Source: Candidatus Uhrbacteria bacterium (lineage in GTDB: Bacteria; Patescibacteriota; Patescibacteriia; UBA9934). From it: DNA of 56,232 bases. Positions 20,038-32,000 of the stretch are shown in pieces. Below the pieces are notes generated by a model. It was not told where the DNA came from and ran no database searches. It saw only the letters and a list, made by a program, of their open reading frames with translations. The stretch is from NCBI GenBank assembly GCA_018673485.1, contig JABHCP010000002.1:67502-123733 (forward strand), in the 5' to 3' direction. Each line of letters opens with the position of its first letter. The first letter of the stretch is position 1. The position numbers and the translations under genes are program-made.

Positions 20038-21246
20038 ATGGCAAAACAAGACGGAGCTCCAGGATCTGGACGAGGGGAGTCACCAACTGAGTCACCGGCA
20101 GAGAAGGCTCGACGGTTGATTCAGGAAAAGCGTGAAAAACAGGAGGCGAAGGAAAGTCAGGAGGTGTTGGCTCTCAAAGAAAGGTTGGAGGAGTTAGATT
20201 CGGAATCTTCTGGATTAGATCAAAAGATCGCTGATTATGATGAGGCATTGGCTGAGTTTGATAATGTGCCCGACGCTATGATGGAAGGAGATTTGAAGGA
20301 GTATCAGGAGAAATTAATCAAAGAGAAGAAGGTGGCTGGAGATCGTAAACAAGATATCGGCACACAGAACGAAGTGCTAAAGGCAAGCCCTTATTATTTA
20401 GGTATTCAAGCGGAGGCGGCCCATCCAGAGAGGATGGAGTATAAAGGAAAGAGAAAGGAAAACGCTGCAATTGAAAGAGAGAAGGAGGATTTTGCTAAAG
20501 AGTTGCAAGATATGTTTAAGGAAGCGAATACGTGGTTTGATCAATTCCATAAAGATACAGAAGATTTGCAGGCAAAGTTGAGCGAACTTGGAGAAGCCCG
20601 GGAGTTGCATAAGCGGGAAGAAAGAAAGAAGGCAGAAATCAATCAACGCTTTGAAGATGAAATAGCGTCACTTGAGCAAAGCCATGGTGATGTTAAGAAA
20701 AAGAACTTTAAGAAAATCAGAGACCTTGCAGGTCGGATGCCGGAAGTGGCTGAAGCAATGGAGGGTTGGTTTGAGCGGTGGATAGACAAGGTGCAACCCG
20801 GTGTTATATTCCCAGACAAGGGTCTTGTCGCGCTTAGAAATGGACGTGAAGCCATTGTTCAGACAGCTCAAGATGCAAAGCAAGCAGATGGCATTTGTAC
20901 TGAAGCTAATAACAAATCTATTGGTTTGGAAAATAAGTATAAAATAAAAAAAAGAGAGGTTGAAGATGCGCTTAGCAAAGAGATGGGATTTTATAGAAAG
21001 ATGGTAGATTTCAGGATAGGTTCACAACGTATGAGCGCGTCTGTTAGAAGTGAGCTAACGTCATTAGTACCAGAAGCGGACGTTGATACTTTTATGGCGC
21101 AATTAGACGAGATAAAGCCAATGTTGAAAGCTGTCTATGAAAGGAATAGTCAGTATGGAGACCACAGATCGAGGACAGTTATGTCCAATACAGGTGAAAT
21201 TATGCGCGAGATAGATGATTTCAAAGGAATTATGCAGCGCTCGTAG
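20038..21246 (+). CDS. Hypothetical coiled-coil protein
   Basis: 402-aa ORF, E/K/Q-rich helical composition, no catalytic motif seen. Confidence 0.8.
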   Translation: MAKQDGAPGSGRGESPTESPAEKARRLIQEKREKQEAKESQEVLALKERLEELDSESSGLDQKIADYDEALAEFDNVPDAMMEGDLKEYQEKLIKEKKVAGDRKQDIGTQNEVLKASPYYLGIQAEAAHPERMEYKGKRKENAAIEREKEDFAKELQDMFKEANTWFDQFHKDTEDLQAKLSELGEARELHKREERKKAEINQRFEDEIASLEQSHGDVKKKNFKKIRDLAGRMPEVAEAMEGWFERWIDKVQPGVIFPDKGLVALRNGREAIVQTAQDAKQADGICTEANNKSIGLENKYKIKKREVEDALSKEMGFYRKMVDFRIGSQRMSASVRSELTSLVPEADVDTFMAQLDEIKPMLKAVYERNSQYGDHRSRTVMSNTGEIMREIDDFKGIMQRS

Positions 21247-21295
21247 CCATTGAAAAAAATCTAAATACAGGGCATGATAGCCCTGTATTTAGTTT

Positions 21296-22402
21296 ATGTC
21301 AGCAATCCAGAAACAACTTAAGGAACTTCAGCAAAAGGCTCAGGATGCTTGGGTTATGTTGGATTTGGATCACTCGCAGGAGCGGGTTCATGATCTTGAG
21401 GTTGTTATGAATGCGGCTGATTTTTGGTCCGATCAAGAAGGGGCGAAAAAAATATCTCAGGAAGCGTCTGAGCGTAAAGATCAGATCGAGATTTGGCAGA
21501 CACTCATTAAAGAGATTGAAGACGCGCTTGATATGCTTGCACTAGCAGCACAGGAAGATGATGACACCGTGCAAAAAGAAGTCGAGCAGACCACGCAGGA
21601 ACTTCAGAAGCGATTTGATAAACTTGAGTTGCAAACTCTTTTGTCAGATGATCAGGACGCTAACAATGTGATTTTAACAATTCATGCTGGCGCTGGAGGA
21701 ACAGACGCAATGGATTGGGCAGGAATGCTTTTGCGAATGTTTACACGCTTTGCAGAATCTCAAAGTTGGAGCGTTGATGTGCTTGAGAGCTCACCCGGGG
21801 AAGAGGCTGGTTATAAGAGCATTCAATTATCAATTAAGGGTAGGTATGCGTATGGATATTTGAAGTCAGAGGCAGGTGTTCATAGACTTGTGCGAATTTC
21901 TCCCTTTGATGCTGAGAAGATGCGTCACACTGCTTTCGCGCTCGTTGAAGTGATCCCAGAGCTCGATGAGCTTTCAGAGAAAAATGTGCAGATCGATGAG
22001 GAAGATCTAAGAGTTGACACCTTTATGTCATCGGGCTGTGGTGGTCAAGGAGTTAACACGACCTATTCAGCAATTCGAATCACGCACCTTCCAACGAAAA
22101 CGGTTGTGACGTGCCAAAACGAGCGGTCGCAACTCCAAAACAAGGCAACGGCAATGGTAGTTCTAAAGTCCAGGCTGTTTCAAAGAATGTTAGAAGAGCG
22201 CGCAGAAAAACTTGAAGAATTAAAGGGTGGTCATAAGTCACCAGAGTGGGGGAATCAAATTAGAAGTTACGTGTTGCATCCGTACAAAATGGTAAAAGAT
22301 CATCGTACGAATCATCAAGTGCAAGATGCCGAGAAAGTATTGGATGGTGATTTACAAGATTTCCAAGAGGCGTATTTAAGAAAACAGGTTTCTGATAAGT
22401 AA
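21296..22402 (+). CDS. prfB: Peptide chain release factor 2 (no programmed frameshift)
   Basis: GAGGTDAMDWA, GVHRLVRISPF (SPF), GGQ, QNERSQLQNK, WGNQIRSYVLHPY. Confidence 0.96.
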   Translation: MSAIQKQLKELQQKAQDAWVMLDLDHSQERVHDLEVVMNAADFWSDQEGAKKISQEASERKDQIEIWQTLIKEIEDALDMLALAAQEDDDTVQKEVEQTTQELQKRFDKLELQTLLSDDQDANNVILTIHAGAGGTDAMDWAGMLLRMFTRFAESQSWSVDVLESSPGEEAGYKSIQLSIKGRYAYGYLKSEAGVHRLVRISPFDAEKMRHTAFALVEVIPELDELSEKNVQIDEEDLRVDTFMSSGCGGQGVNTTYSAIRITHLPTKTVVTCQNERSQLQNKATAMVVLKSRLFQRMLEERAEKLEELKGGHKSPEWGNQIRSYVLHPYKMVKDHRTNHQVQDAEKVLDGDLQDFQEAYLRKQVSDK

Positions 22403-22416
22403 TAAGTCAAATAATT

Positions 22417-22513
22417 CCCATCCAGAGGAGCCTAAAGGCGACGAAGGATCTCGGTCGTAGCCGATTGAACGTTGCATAACGCAACGGGATCCCTCACATT
22501 CGTTCGGGATGGG
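22417..22513. repeat. Palindromic repeat, family B variant
   Basis: cccatccagaggagcctaaaggcgacgaaggatc...gcaacgggatccctcacattcgttcgggatggg. Confidence 0.85.
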
Positions 22514-22535
22514 TAGTAATCGCAATTTCGAAAAT

Positions 22536-23465
22536 ATGAAAAAACTATATAAAAATATAATTGTCACTGGTGGAGCTGGGTTTATCGGTTCCCATCTTGT
22601 TGATCAGTTAGTAGGAATTTCCAAAAAGGTAATCGTGATCGATAAGGTAAAGCCTGAGAAGGGGCGGAAGAATCGCAAGGCAAAGTATTTAAAGATGAAC
22701 ATTCAGGATTCGGGCGCGCTTGATGTGTTTAAAAAGTATGAGCCAGAGGTGGTTTTTCATCTAGCTGCACATTTGCACGACAGAGAGTCAGTGGAGATGC
22801 CAATAGATAATGCGATGGATAATGTGATCGGTTTGTTAAACATTTGTGAGGCAAATCGCAAGACCTCAAAGGCTAAGATGGTATTTATGTCGTCGTGTGC
22901 AGTTTACGGAATGCATGAAGAGCTTCCTATCACTGAAGAATTTACGCCAAATCCTTTAACACCTTACGGAATTTCAAAGTTAGTTGGTGAGAATTACTTA
23001 CGATTTTATAATAAGACATACGGTATCCCGTATACTGCGTTTAGAGCTGGGAATATTTATGGGCCACGTCAGGATTCGAGCGCTGAGTCGGGAGTGATTG
23101 GTATTTTTTCATCTAGGTTGATATGCGGTAAGCAGGTGATGATTAATAACGACGGCAAGACAACTCGTGATTATGTATTTGTCGATGACGTTGTGCGAGC
23201 GTTGTTAAGCGCTGCTGATTCTGAATTTGTTGGCGTTTTAAATATTGGAACTGGAGCTGAAACTGAAACGGGAGATATTTTCAAACAAGTAAAAGCAGCG
23301 GTTGGTGTTGGAGTCTCGGCCGAGCGCAATGAAATGCAACAAGATGCTTTAAAGAATATCGCGCTTGACGTTAGCGCCGCGCGAGAGGCACTGAACTGGG
23401 AGCCGAGCGTGACGATTGATGAAGGGATTGAAAAAACAGTACAGTGGTATCGTGAGAATATATAA
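22536..23465 (+). CDS. NAD-dependent epimerase/dehydratase (GalE-like extended SDR)
   Basis: VTGGAGFIGSHL, SSCAVYG, YGISK (YxxxK), NIYGPRQ, TRDYVFVDD. Confidence 0.93.
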   Translation: MKKLYKNIIVTGGAGFIGSHLVDQLVGISKKVIVIDKVKPEKGRKNRKAKYLKMNIQDSGALDVFKKYEPEVVFHLAAHLHDRESVEMPIDNAMDNVIGLLNICEANRKTSKAKMVFMSSCAVYGMHEELPITEEFTPNPLTPYGISKLVGENYLRFYNKTYGIPYTAFRAGNIYGPRQDSSAESGVIGIFSSRLICGKQVMINNDGKTTRDYVFVDDVVRALLSAADSEFVGVLNIGTGAETETGDIFKQVKAAVGVGVSAERNEMQQDALKNIALDVSAAREALNWEPSVTIDEGIEKTVQWYRENI

Positions 23466-23467
23466 GT

Positions 23468-23878
23468 ATGGTACGTGTAGGCTTGGGCATAATAATTGTA
23501 AATGATCGAGGAGAGGTTTTAATTGGTAGGCGAATAAATATTCATGCGCCATATTATGCTATTCCTGGGGGTCATCTAGAGGTAGGTGAAACATTTGAGG
23601 CGGGTGCTATTCGCGAGATCGAGGAGGAGACTGGATTAATGATCAAAGACCCAAGAGTTATTGCAATTACAAATAATTTAGAAACCTTTAAAGAGTCAGG
23701 TAAGCATCATATTTCGGTAGGATTATTGGCTACAGAGTTTGACGGTGAATTGCGGAATATGGAGCCAGAAAAATGTGAGGGGTGGTTATGGGTTAATCCC
23801 CGTGAATTACCAAAACCACTTTTTGACGCGAGTCAAAAGTGCATTGAGTGTTATTTAGAGGGAAAATTTTATAATTAA
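23468..23878 (+). CDS. Nudix hydrolase (MutT/NUDT15-like)
   Basis: Nudix box GGHLEVGETFEAGAIREIEEETGL; EPEKCEGWLW. Confidence 0.92.
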   Translation: MVRVGLGIIIVNDRGEVLIGRRINIHAPYYAIPGGHLEVGETFEAGAIREIEEETGLMIKDPRVIAITNNLETFKESGKHHISVGLLATEFDGELRNMEPEKCEGWLWVNPRELPKPLFDASQKCIECYLEGKFYN

Positions 23879-23881
23879 ATC

Positions 23882-23957
23882 GTCATCCAGAGCGAGTCTG
23901 AAAGACGAGTCGAAGGATCTATTCATTGAGAGATCCCTCGGCTTCGCTCGGGATGAC
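23882..23957. repeat. Palindromic repeat family B (gtcatcc...ggatgac)
   Basis: gtcatccagagcg..cgaaggatct-attcattgag-agatccctcggcttcgctcgggatgac. Confidence 0.88.
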
Positions 23958-23969
23958 AAGATTAATCAT

Positions 23970-24569
23970 ATGTTAAGCATTACATCACAAGACATTGAGC
24001 GGGCACTTGCTTGCTTGCAGAAAGGGGAGGTTATTATTTTTCCAACCGAGACTTCTTATGGAATTGGTTGTGATGCAACAAACGCTGATGCGGTAGAGCG
24101 CGTGTTTCTAATTAAGGGAAGACCAGATGAAAAGGGCGCGCCTGTGATAATCCCCGATCAGGAGTCAGCTTCTGAATATATTAAGATTAACGACAAGGCA
24201 AGAGTTCTGATGGATAGATTTTGGCCAGGGCCTTTGAATATCATCGGAGAAGTAAAGAGCGATTCATCGGTAGCAAGCAAGTGCGCATTTAATGGAACGC
24301 AGGCAGTGCGTGTTTCATCTCACCCTTTTTGCGCAATACTAGCTCGACGTTTTGGTAAGCCAATTGTGGCGTCAAGTGCTAATATTTCTGGAAAGGATGC
24401 GGCTTATTCGATTAGTGAGGTGAAAAAAGCTTTTGCTGATCGTTCTGATGGGCCAGATTGTATTATCGATGGTGGAGACTTACCGCAACTTCCAGCCTCT
24501 ACTACTGTGAAGATTGAGGGTGATCGAGTAGAAATTTTGCGTCAGGGAAGTGTGAAAATTGAATTATGA
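23970..24569 (+). CDS. tsaC: L-threonylcarbamoyladenylate synthase (Sua5/TsaC)
   Basis: FPTETSYGIG, IKGRP, FWPGPL, SSANISG, STTV. Confidence 0.93.
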   Translation: MLSITSQDIERALACLQKGEVIIFPTETSYGIGCDATNADAVERVFLIKGRPDEKGAPVIIPDQESASEYIKINDKARVLMDRFWPGPLNIIGEVKSDSSVASKCAFNGTQAVRVSSHPFCAILARRFGKPIVASSANISGKDAAYSISEVKKAFADRSDGPDCIIDGGDLPQLPASTTVKIEGDRVEILRQGSVKIEL

Positions 24570-25315
24570 AAAAAAGCTACGGGCAACATTTTTTGATTAG
24601 CGATTCAGTTGTAGATAAGATAATTGCAGCTGCTGACTTGAAGTCTGGTGATTTTGTGGTTGAAGTTGGGCCAGGGCAGGGGGCTTTGACAGGTGAGTTA
24701 ATCAATAAAGTCGGAGAGTTGGTTTTGATTGAGGCTGATCGGGACTTGATAGATGGCTTGAATACAGACTTTTCAAAAGCGCAGATAATTCATGCTGACG
24801 CTGCAAGGGTTGATATTGACTCTATTGTTGAGGATCGGCCTTGGATTTTTGTGAGTAATCTTCCGTATAACGCGGCCAATGCTATTTTAATGAATATGCT
24901 CACTGCGAAGAACCCTCCAAGCGCTAGCGTGGTTATGGTGCAAAAGGAGGTGGGTGACAAGATCATGGCAAAGCCTGGGAATATGTCGGTTCTCTCAGTA
25001 GCAACACAGATTTATACAAAACCAAGCCGAGTTTGCATTGTAAAGCCAGGCAGCTTTAATCCACCTCCAAAAATAGATTCAGTTGTACTGAGGTTAGAAT
25101 CCAAAGTAGCACCTTCCAATGCCGAGGAGGTCATCGGACTTGCTAAGATTGGGTTCTCATCACGTCGTAAGCAATTACATCGTAACTTGGTGAGCGCTAA
25201 GGTTGCACCTTCCGATAGGATCAAGAAAATACTCGTCGAACTTGGATTGAAAGAGACCGTACGCGCACAAGAACTATCAGTACAAGATTGGGTCGAATTA
25301 TTTGATAAGATATAA
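24566..25315 (+). CDS. rsmA: 16S rRNA adenine dimethyltransferase RsmA/KsgA
   Basis: KKSYGQHFL, VEVGPGQGALT, SNLPYN, MVQKEV, FNPPPKIDS, FSSRRKQL. Confidence 0.96.
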   Translation: MKKSYGQHFLISDSVVDKIIAAADLKSGDFVVEVGPGQGALTGELINKVGELVLIEADRDLIDGLNTDFSKAQIIHADAARVDIDSIVEDRPWIFVSNLPYNAANAILMNMLTAKNPPSASVVMVQKEVGDKIMAKPGNMSVLSVATQIYTKPSRVCIVKPGSFNPPPKIDSVVLRLESKVAPSNAEEVIGLAKIGFSSRRKQLHRNLVSAKVAPSDRIKKILVELGLKETVRAQELSVQDWVELFDKI

Positions 25316-25407
25316 TTAGTGGCTCGACATTGGGTGTTACTAACTGTGCAAAAAAAGAGTGCTAAGTATGCACTTTTTTTGGTATAATAATCCTTGTAAG
25401 TCTAATC

Positions 25408-26049
25408 ATGACACAACAAAGAGAACGAATTGTTATTCGTAAAACTAAGCCCACGTTTCCTAAGGAACAAAAGGCAGTATTTTGGCTTTTAATTACAGCT
25501 GGATGCTTGGCACTCGTGCTGGGTGGATTTTATCTAATACGACACATTACGAGTCCGTTTTTTACTGAGTATTCAGGTGAGTATGTCTTTACTCAAAATC
25601 AAGAAGACATGCTTGAGATGATGGAGCAGCAGGTCAATGATACAGACGGGGATACTCTGACGGATTATGATGAGCTGTATATTTACGGATCGTCACCATA
25701 CTTAATGGATACGGACGGTGATGGTTACAATGATAATACAGAAGTTTTGGCAGGTACTGATTTGAATTGCGCGGCTGGAGAGAATTGTTCTGGTTTCACA
25801 GAGTTATCAGACACAGAGTTCTTTGAGGACGTATTGCCTAATGAAGTGACATCTGTTCCCGATACGTCACTAACAGATGTGCAAGAGGCTATCGAGAGTT
25901 TAACAGCAAGTGAGATCAGAGAATTGCTTATTACAGCGGGCGCTGATCCTGAAGTCGTAGCCGAGATCGCGGACGAGGAATTGCAAGCCCTTCTTTTGGA
26001 GGTAATGGAGGAGGTGCAAGCTAGTGAAGATTTTCAACTTTTAGAGTAA
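25408..26049 (+). CDS. Membrane-anchored acidic protein with thrombospondin type-3-like Ca-binding (DxDGD) repeats
   Basis: N-terminal TM, then DTDGDTLTDYDE..YGSSPYLMDTDGDGYNDNTEV. Confidence 0.8.
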   Translation: MTQQRERIVIRKTKPTFPKEQKAVFWLLITAGCLALVLGGFYLIRHITSPFFTEYSGEYVFTQNQEDMLEMMEQQVNDTDGDTLTDYDELYIYGSSPYLMDTDGDGYNDNTEVLAGTDLNCAAGENCSGFTELSDTEFFEDVLPNEVTSVPDTSLTDVQEAIESLTASEIRELLITAGADPEVVAEIADEELQALLLEVMEEVQASEDFQLLE

Positions 26050-26060
26050 ATGACCAATAA

Positions 26061-29000
26061 ATGGTGACTATGAACCGAAGAAAAACCCTTCGCAGGATTG
26101 TACATGTTTTTGTAGCAATTTTTTTGCTTTTTAATATAAGTAGCTCGGCTTCATCTATTTTGCCGATTGCACACGCTAATTTGCCAGTAGTGGATATTAC
26201 CGCACAGACTGATAGAAGTATTAAAGAGGTTTTAGAAGTTGTGGCTGATAAGCTTAAACAAGCTTTGACAACGTCGCTATCTGCCGAGATGGTTAATCTC
26301 TTGTCCATGATGGCGAATGAGCTTTCGTACAACTCCGCGGTGTGGATTGCTTCAGGTGGAAACGCTGAAAGCCCATTGTTTAATTCCATACCACCAGAGG
26401 ATTACTTTAAATTTGCAGGTGCACGTGTATTGTCTGAAATTTATAACGAAGTAGTTATTGATAATCTTGAAGGCGGGTTATTTGTTACTTTAAATGTTTA
26501 TTTACCGACTGACCCTGAAGTTTTACAGGCCGTGCGAAATGGAATTAAATCTTACGCAATAGCACCTGAGGTGAATTTTGATTACCCAGATATTAAGAAT
26601 AACTGGACTGCATATTTGGCATCACTTGATTCAAGTGATCTCGAACCAGAGGAGAAGACTGCGATGGTTCTTTCTGTTGCAGTTGAGGCCTTTGACCCGG
26701 ATGTAAACGAATTTGGCGCAATCACACAGTTGCACATGTATGCGCTTAGTGAAACCTATAATCAGGCTCAAAGTGAGGAGCAACAGTTGTTGGCCAACAA
26801 TGGGTTTAGAGCGGTTACAGATTACATAACTCATCAAATTTTCACACCAGCGTCACTTGTAAAGGATGAATTGGAGCAATCAATCGCATTGCAGAAGTCA
26901 TTGCCTTTTGATTTGAGCACGTCGCTGATGGCAAATACAGATACTTTGATGGCTATCGGAATTAACGCTGGAACAATTTTCACAAACACACTTTTCTCAG
27001 AACTGATGAATAAGGTGCAGGGAGGTTTGTTTGAGGATGTTGTTTTTGATGATTCCAATCCATTTGATGTTAATAGCTCAATTGAGTATTCACGATCAAG
27101 AATTCAGTCAGTGTTTAAGAGCCTGACATCGTTTAAGCCTTTGGAGATTACAGATTACAGCATGCTCTCGGAGCTTTCTACTTGCCCGACGTTCTCTAGG
27201 GGAACATCGACTAGTATTTACAACTGTGCAATTGATTCTTCATTTGTGTCGGCAATCGCGCTTTCGCGCGCTGGATCAAGTTTGAACCTGCAGGATGCGA
27301 TTGACGAGGGTTATGTAGATGGTACTTGGCCGCTGATTCCGTCAGCCGACACCGCCAGGAATCAAGATACAAAATGTTACACATATGGATTTTGCCACAG
27401 CAATTTGGTAAAGCTTCGTAAGGCAAGAATAATTTCAATTGGTTGGGAGTTAGCGGCTGAGTCTGACCATAACTCAGATACGGATCCTGTTACACTTCAA
27501 GAAGTGGTAGACGGGTTCTATACTTGTAATAGTGATGGTGAGCTTGATAGTGAGAACCCCTGGTGTCACTTAATCGATCCAAACTGGGTTCTAAAGTTCC
27601 CAGAAACGCAGTGTCGCACCTTGGCCTATGGTCAAGTTTTGTCTGGCTTTGGAACAGATCAACGTGCACAAGAGTGTGTTGATATTCAAAGTTGTGTTTC
27701 AGAAGATGGCGACGGAAACTGTGATGGAGGATATGGCTACTGCGTACGTGAGCAAAATACATGGAAGTTCCGCGGACAGGAGTGCCCAGAGCACTATGCA
27801 AGCTGTATGTCCTTTGAAAACGGGGAAGGCGGATCAGTAGACTTTTTAACAAATACATTAGATTACGGTAATTGCGATTCATCAAATATTGGTTGCATGT
27901 GGAACGCGACTCAAAAAGAAGTTGTCGCTGGAGTGTATGAGTGGCCAGAAATTGATGACTTAGCAGTTAGTGATTTGGAGCCTGATGCTTATCAAAATAG
28001 ATTGTACTTCAATTCCAACGTAGAGGAGTGTGATGTTGATGACGCAGGGTGCGAACATTTGTACGAGCGTGATTCAGATACGTCGCTCAACATGATTTCT
28101 AATTCCAGCTTTGAGAGTGATCTTGACGAAGATGGCACCCCAGACAGCTGGCTTATAAATGGTGCGACTTATAGCACTGATAGTACAATGCAGCGATCTG
28201 GCGCCGATGCTATTGATGTAGCATCAGGTTTGGTGACTAAGTACGGACTAGTGTTGAATCAATCGCGTTATCACGCAATTTCGGTCTATGTTAAGGCGAC
28301 AGATCCAACTGCTGATTACGGATATATAACCATGACTTTTGCAGATGAAGATGGTAATGCATTGGACATGTCCAGCCAAAGTATAGATGGATCATGTTCA
28401 TCTGATGATTGTCTGACAAGTTGTGCAGTTGGAACTTCAACAGACACAATCGAGATGTTACTCGATCCAAAAAGTGACAGCTATATTCGAACAGAATGTG
28501 TATTCACTTCTCCAACTCTAGCTGACAGGACTTTAGATATATACGCAAAGATTGAGATTAGTGGAAGCGTAGGAAGCGTTATCATCGATGACATTATGCT
28601 GGAGCAGGACTTTGAAGCAGATATCTATGCTGGGGAGTACAATGAGGACCCAACTTCTTTATACATGAAGGTGGCGCCTGACTACTTGGGTTGCACTGGT
28701 GCAAGTGATGATGCTGACGAGTGCGCTAATTACGCAGGAGTTTGTTCTGAGCTCGAAGCAGGGTGCGGGTCGTACACGCCAGTTAATGGTGATCCAAGCG
28801 TGACTGCGGTAGTGAGCTTGGTCGACCAGTGTCCAAGCACATGCGACGGATACGACACATTCCGCCAAGAGGCAACGCAATACGAGCCTTATGGCGATTT
28901 TCCAATTTACTTAATTCCTTCAACTGCAGACACATGTAATGAAAGTGCAGTTGGATGTACTGAATTTACCAATCTGGACACTGAAGCTCGCGAGCATTAC

Positions 29001-32000
29001 ACAGATCTTCGAGCTTGTGTTACTGAAGATCAGGCACGTACTAATGTGGCTGGTGACAACGCTTCCACATTCTACACTTGGGAAGGGTCAGACGAAGAGG
29101 GTTACCAGCTAAGAACTTGGCGACTTTTGGAGTCCGATCTCGATAGTGGTTCTTATCATGACTATTCATATCAAGAGAGCGATGAGATTGATGTTCGACC
29201 AGGTTCGGCGCCATGTACTAATTGGTCAACGGACGCTGATGGGATTACTTGTAATGATGACGCTGATGAAGATTTAGCCATCGATGGAGATTATGGTCTT
29301 TGCGATGAACATTCAGATATTATTTACAGCCCAGGTTGCCGCGAGTTCTATGATACCTATGGAGGGCTGCATTATCGACTGTGGAGCGAAACTGTAACAG
29401 TTAATGACGCATGCGTGTCTTATCGACTTACTGAGTTGGTGGGGGATAGCGCAGCAGAATGGACAAGTGCGTGTACGACTGCTCAGGGTTACTTTGACTC
29501 AAGTGCTGAGATTTGCCGGTTCTACGGATATGCTCAAGAGAGCACTGAGTGTTCCGAATCAAACAACGGTTGCCGAGCATACACTGGTGGAAGAAGCGCT
29601 AACAGTAGGCTGGTACTGCAAGATTTGTTTGAGGAGGGCACACTTGTTAACTGGGGCGCGGATAGTGCTACAACGGTGACACTTTCCAATGAATCAGTGG
29701 CAGTAGATGGACACTCACTAAAATCAGAAGGACAGATCGTTTGGAGTCATTTATATGACGAAGGTTCAGCTTGCGCGACAGAGGACGGCTGTGCGTCGAG
29801 CACTGGAGTGTTGGGCGGAAGTTGTACAGTTGATTATGGAGATCAGCTTTGTGGAACGCTCGAAGGTGAGTTATTTACTGATAAAACTTATACACTAACA
29901 TTCTGGGCTAAGGGAGAAACTGACCTAGATGTTGGATTTGATATGGACGCCAATACAAGTGGTGTGAGCATCGATACTTATGTTGATGGTGTGGTGCCAA
30001 GTGTCGAACTTTCAACTGAGTGGACTTATTACTCAGTTGGTCCGTTTGACATGAATGAGGCAGATTACGCGGCATTTGGAGACGGAACTGTGCTTGCATT
30101 CGTTCCGAGCTCTACCGCTGACTTTTACGTTGATAACATTGTACTGCGAGAAGGTGAGGATGAACTGACCTTGATTAAGGATTCATGGAGCACTCCAGCG
30201 ACTTGCGATCAGTCATGGGAGGGGGCAACGTCCGCGCAATTCCATCTTGGTTGCCAAGAGTATACCGATCAGGAAAGCGATACTTGGTACTTAAAGTCGT
30301 TTAGGAATTTATGTGACGGAGACGCTGTTGGTTGTAAGAGTTACTACACAACAGAGCAGTCAGATTCAAATTATGCGGCAGTTTACAACGCAACTTGTTA
30401 TAACGCCGACTTTGAGAGCAATGGTGTCGCCGATCAAGCTACTGAAAGCACCGGGTGCTATGTTTACACACAAAACAGTAGAACAGAATTTGATACAACT
30501 AGTCCGTTGCTGTGTACTATCATTGCTGGTGAAGATCATTGTTTATTCGACTTTGATGAGTGGTTTATTCCGCAAGCTGAGATCTCTGACATTTCAAATT
30601 ACCCAGAGCTTTATCACTTGAATTACGGACCAGACGCAACATTCACGAAGGCAGATTCTGACATCTACCTAATTTATGATGAGGACTTAGAGTGTTCATC
30701 ATCTGACGTGGCCGGATGCAGTGAGCTTGGACAGCCAACGTTTAGCGGTGATCATTCGCTGGTAGATGATTGGATGAGTGTTTATTACATTAACGATCCA
30801 GATGTTTACACAGATATTCTGTGTAGCAACGAAGAGCTTTTCTGTAAGGAATTTGAGTCAACGCGCGAAGGTACTTGGTACTTTAAGGATCCAATCGGAC
30901 TTGAGTGTGAGTATAAGACCGACGTTTCAATCGACGGTACAAGTTACACAGGTTGGTTCCGCGAAGGTACTAGCGAGTTCTGTTACGGAGAAGGAGCGTG
31001 TACCGGAGATGGAATAACAGCGTGCACTAACGACGCGCAGTGTGCAGTTGACGGTTTGGGTGAATGTAATATTACCGATGGCGCATACTTGGTTGGCGGA
31101 ACAGAGAGTGGAATATGGCGAAACGGAGACCTTGCCTATGACGGATCAGTCGGACATTGTTCAGCTGAGTATGATGGTTGTAGCGCATTTGAAGATCCGC
31201 TCGACGTTGATGATAATGAGTTTTATGGTTATTCCGACGGGGAAATGTATTACTACATAGACGACGATCAGATCGATGACAGCAACTTGCTTTCATCACA
31301 AAGATGTAATGGTCAGGTTTCTCAAAAAGAAGGTTGTACTTTGTTCTATGACAGCGGTGAAGCTGGATTTGATTACAATGCTAGTGCCACATATGTTGTG
31401 AGTACCCATGCAGACGAGATTTTAGGTGAAGAACCATTCGTGCTAGTTGATCCGATTGATTGTACTAGCGATAGCACTTCCGAGATTACTTTGCCAGATG
31501 GTGCGACAACTTACGATCCGTGCATTAGCAGATGTTTGTATTCAAACAGAGCATTAACGGGGTCTACATCAGGAATTTCAGATAGCTATACGGTAGGTCA
31601 GTCATGTTTCCTAGATGACGATTGCCCAAATTATGATAGCACCACCGGAGATATTGTATCTGGACACTGCGCCGACATTATTTCAACAACATATTATACA
31701 ACCCTTGGGACTGTAACTAGTGAAGACCCAATGCCACGGCTTGAAAATGACACTAACCGTGTGATTAGTGTTAATCAGGATCGTGTGTGTGCAGAGTGGT
31801 TGAGCTGTTCAAGTTCATATTCAATTTGGGACCAAGACACTGGTAAATACCGCACAATTTGTGACGGAGTGGATTTGTGTACTGAGTATTCAGCCGAAGG
31901 TCACCCGTCATTCTGCAGTGAATGGGATCCAGAGGATCCAGCAGTCGTTCTTGATATTGGTAGGTACGTTTCGCGTGACGTGACTTGGTATGGAGAAGAA

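Noticed and set aside
25339-25380. GAGTGCTAA at 25357-25365 as a CIRCE (HrcA) operator
   Set aside because: Only the right half-site matches and it is not upstream of a chaperone gene. It is better explained as part of an A/T-flanked hairpin (terminator-like).
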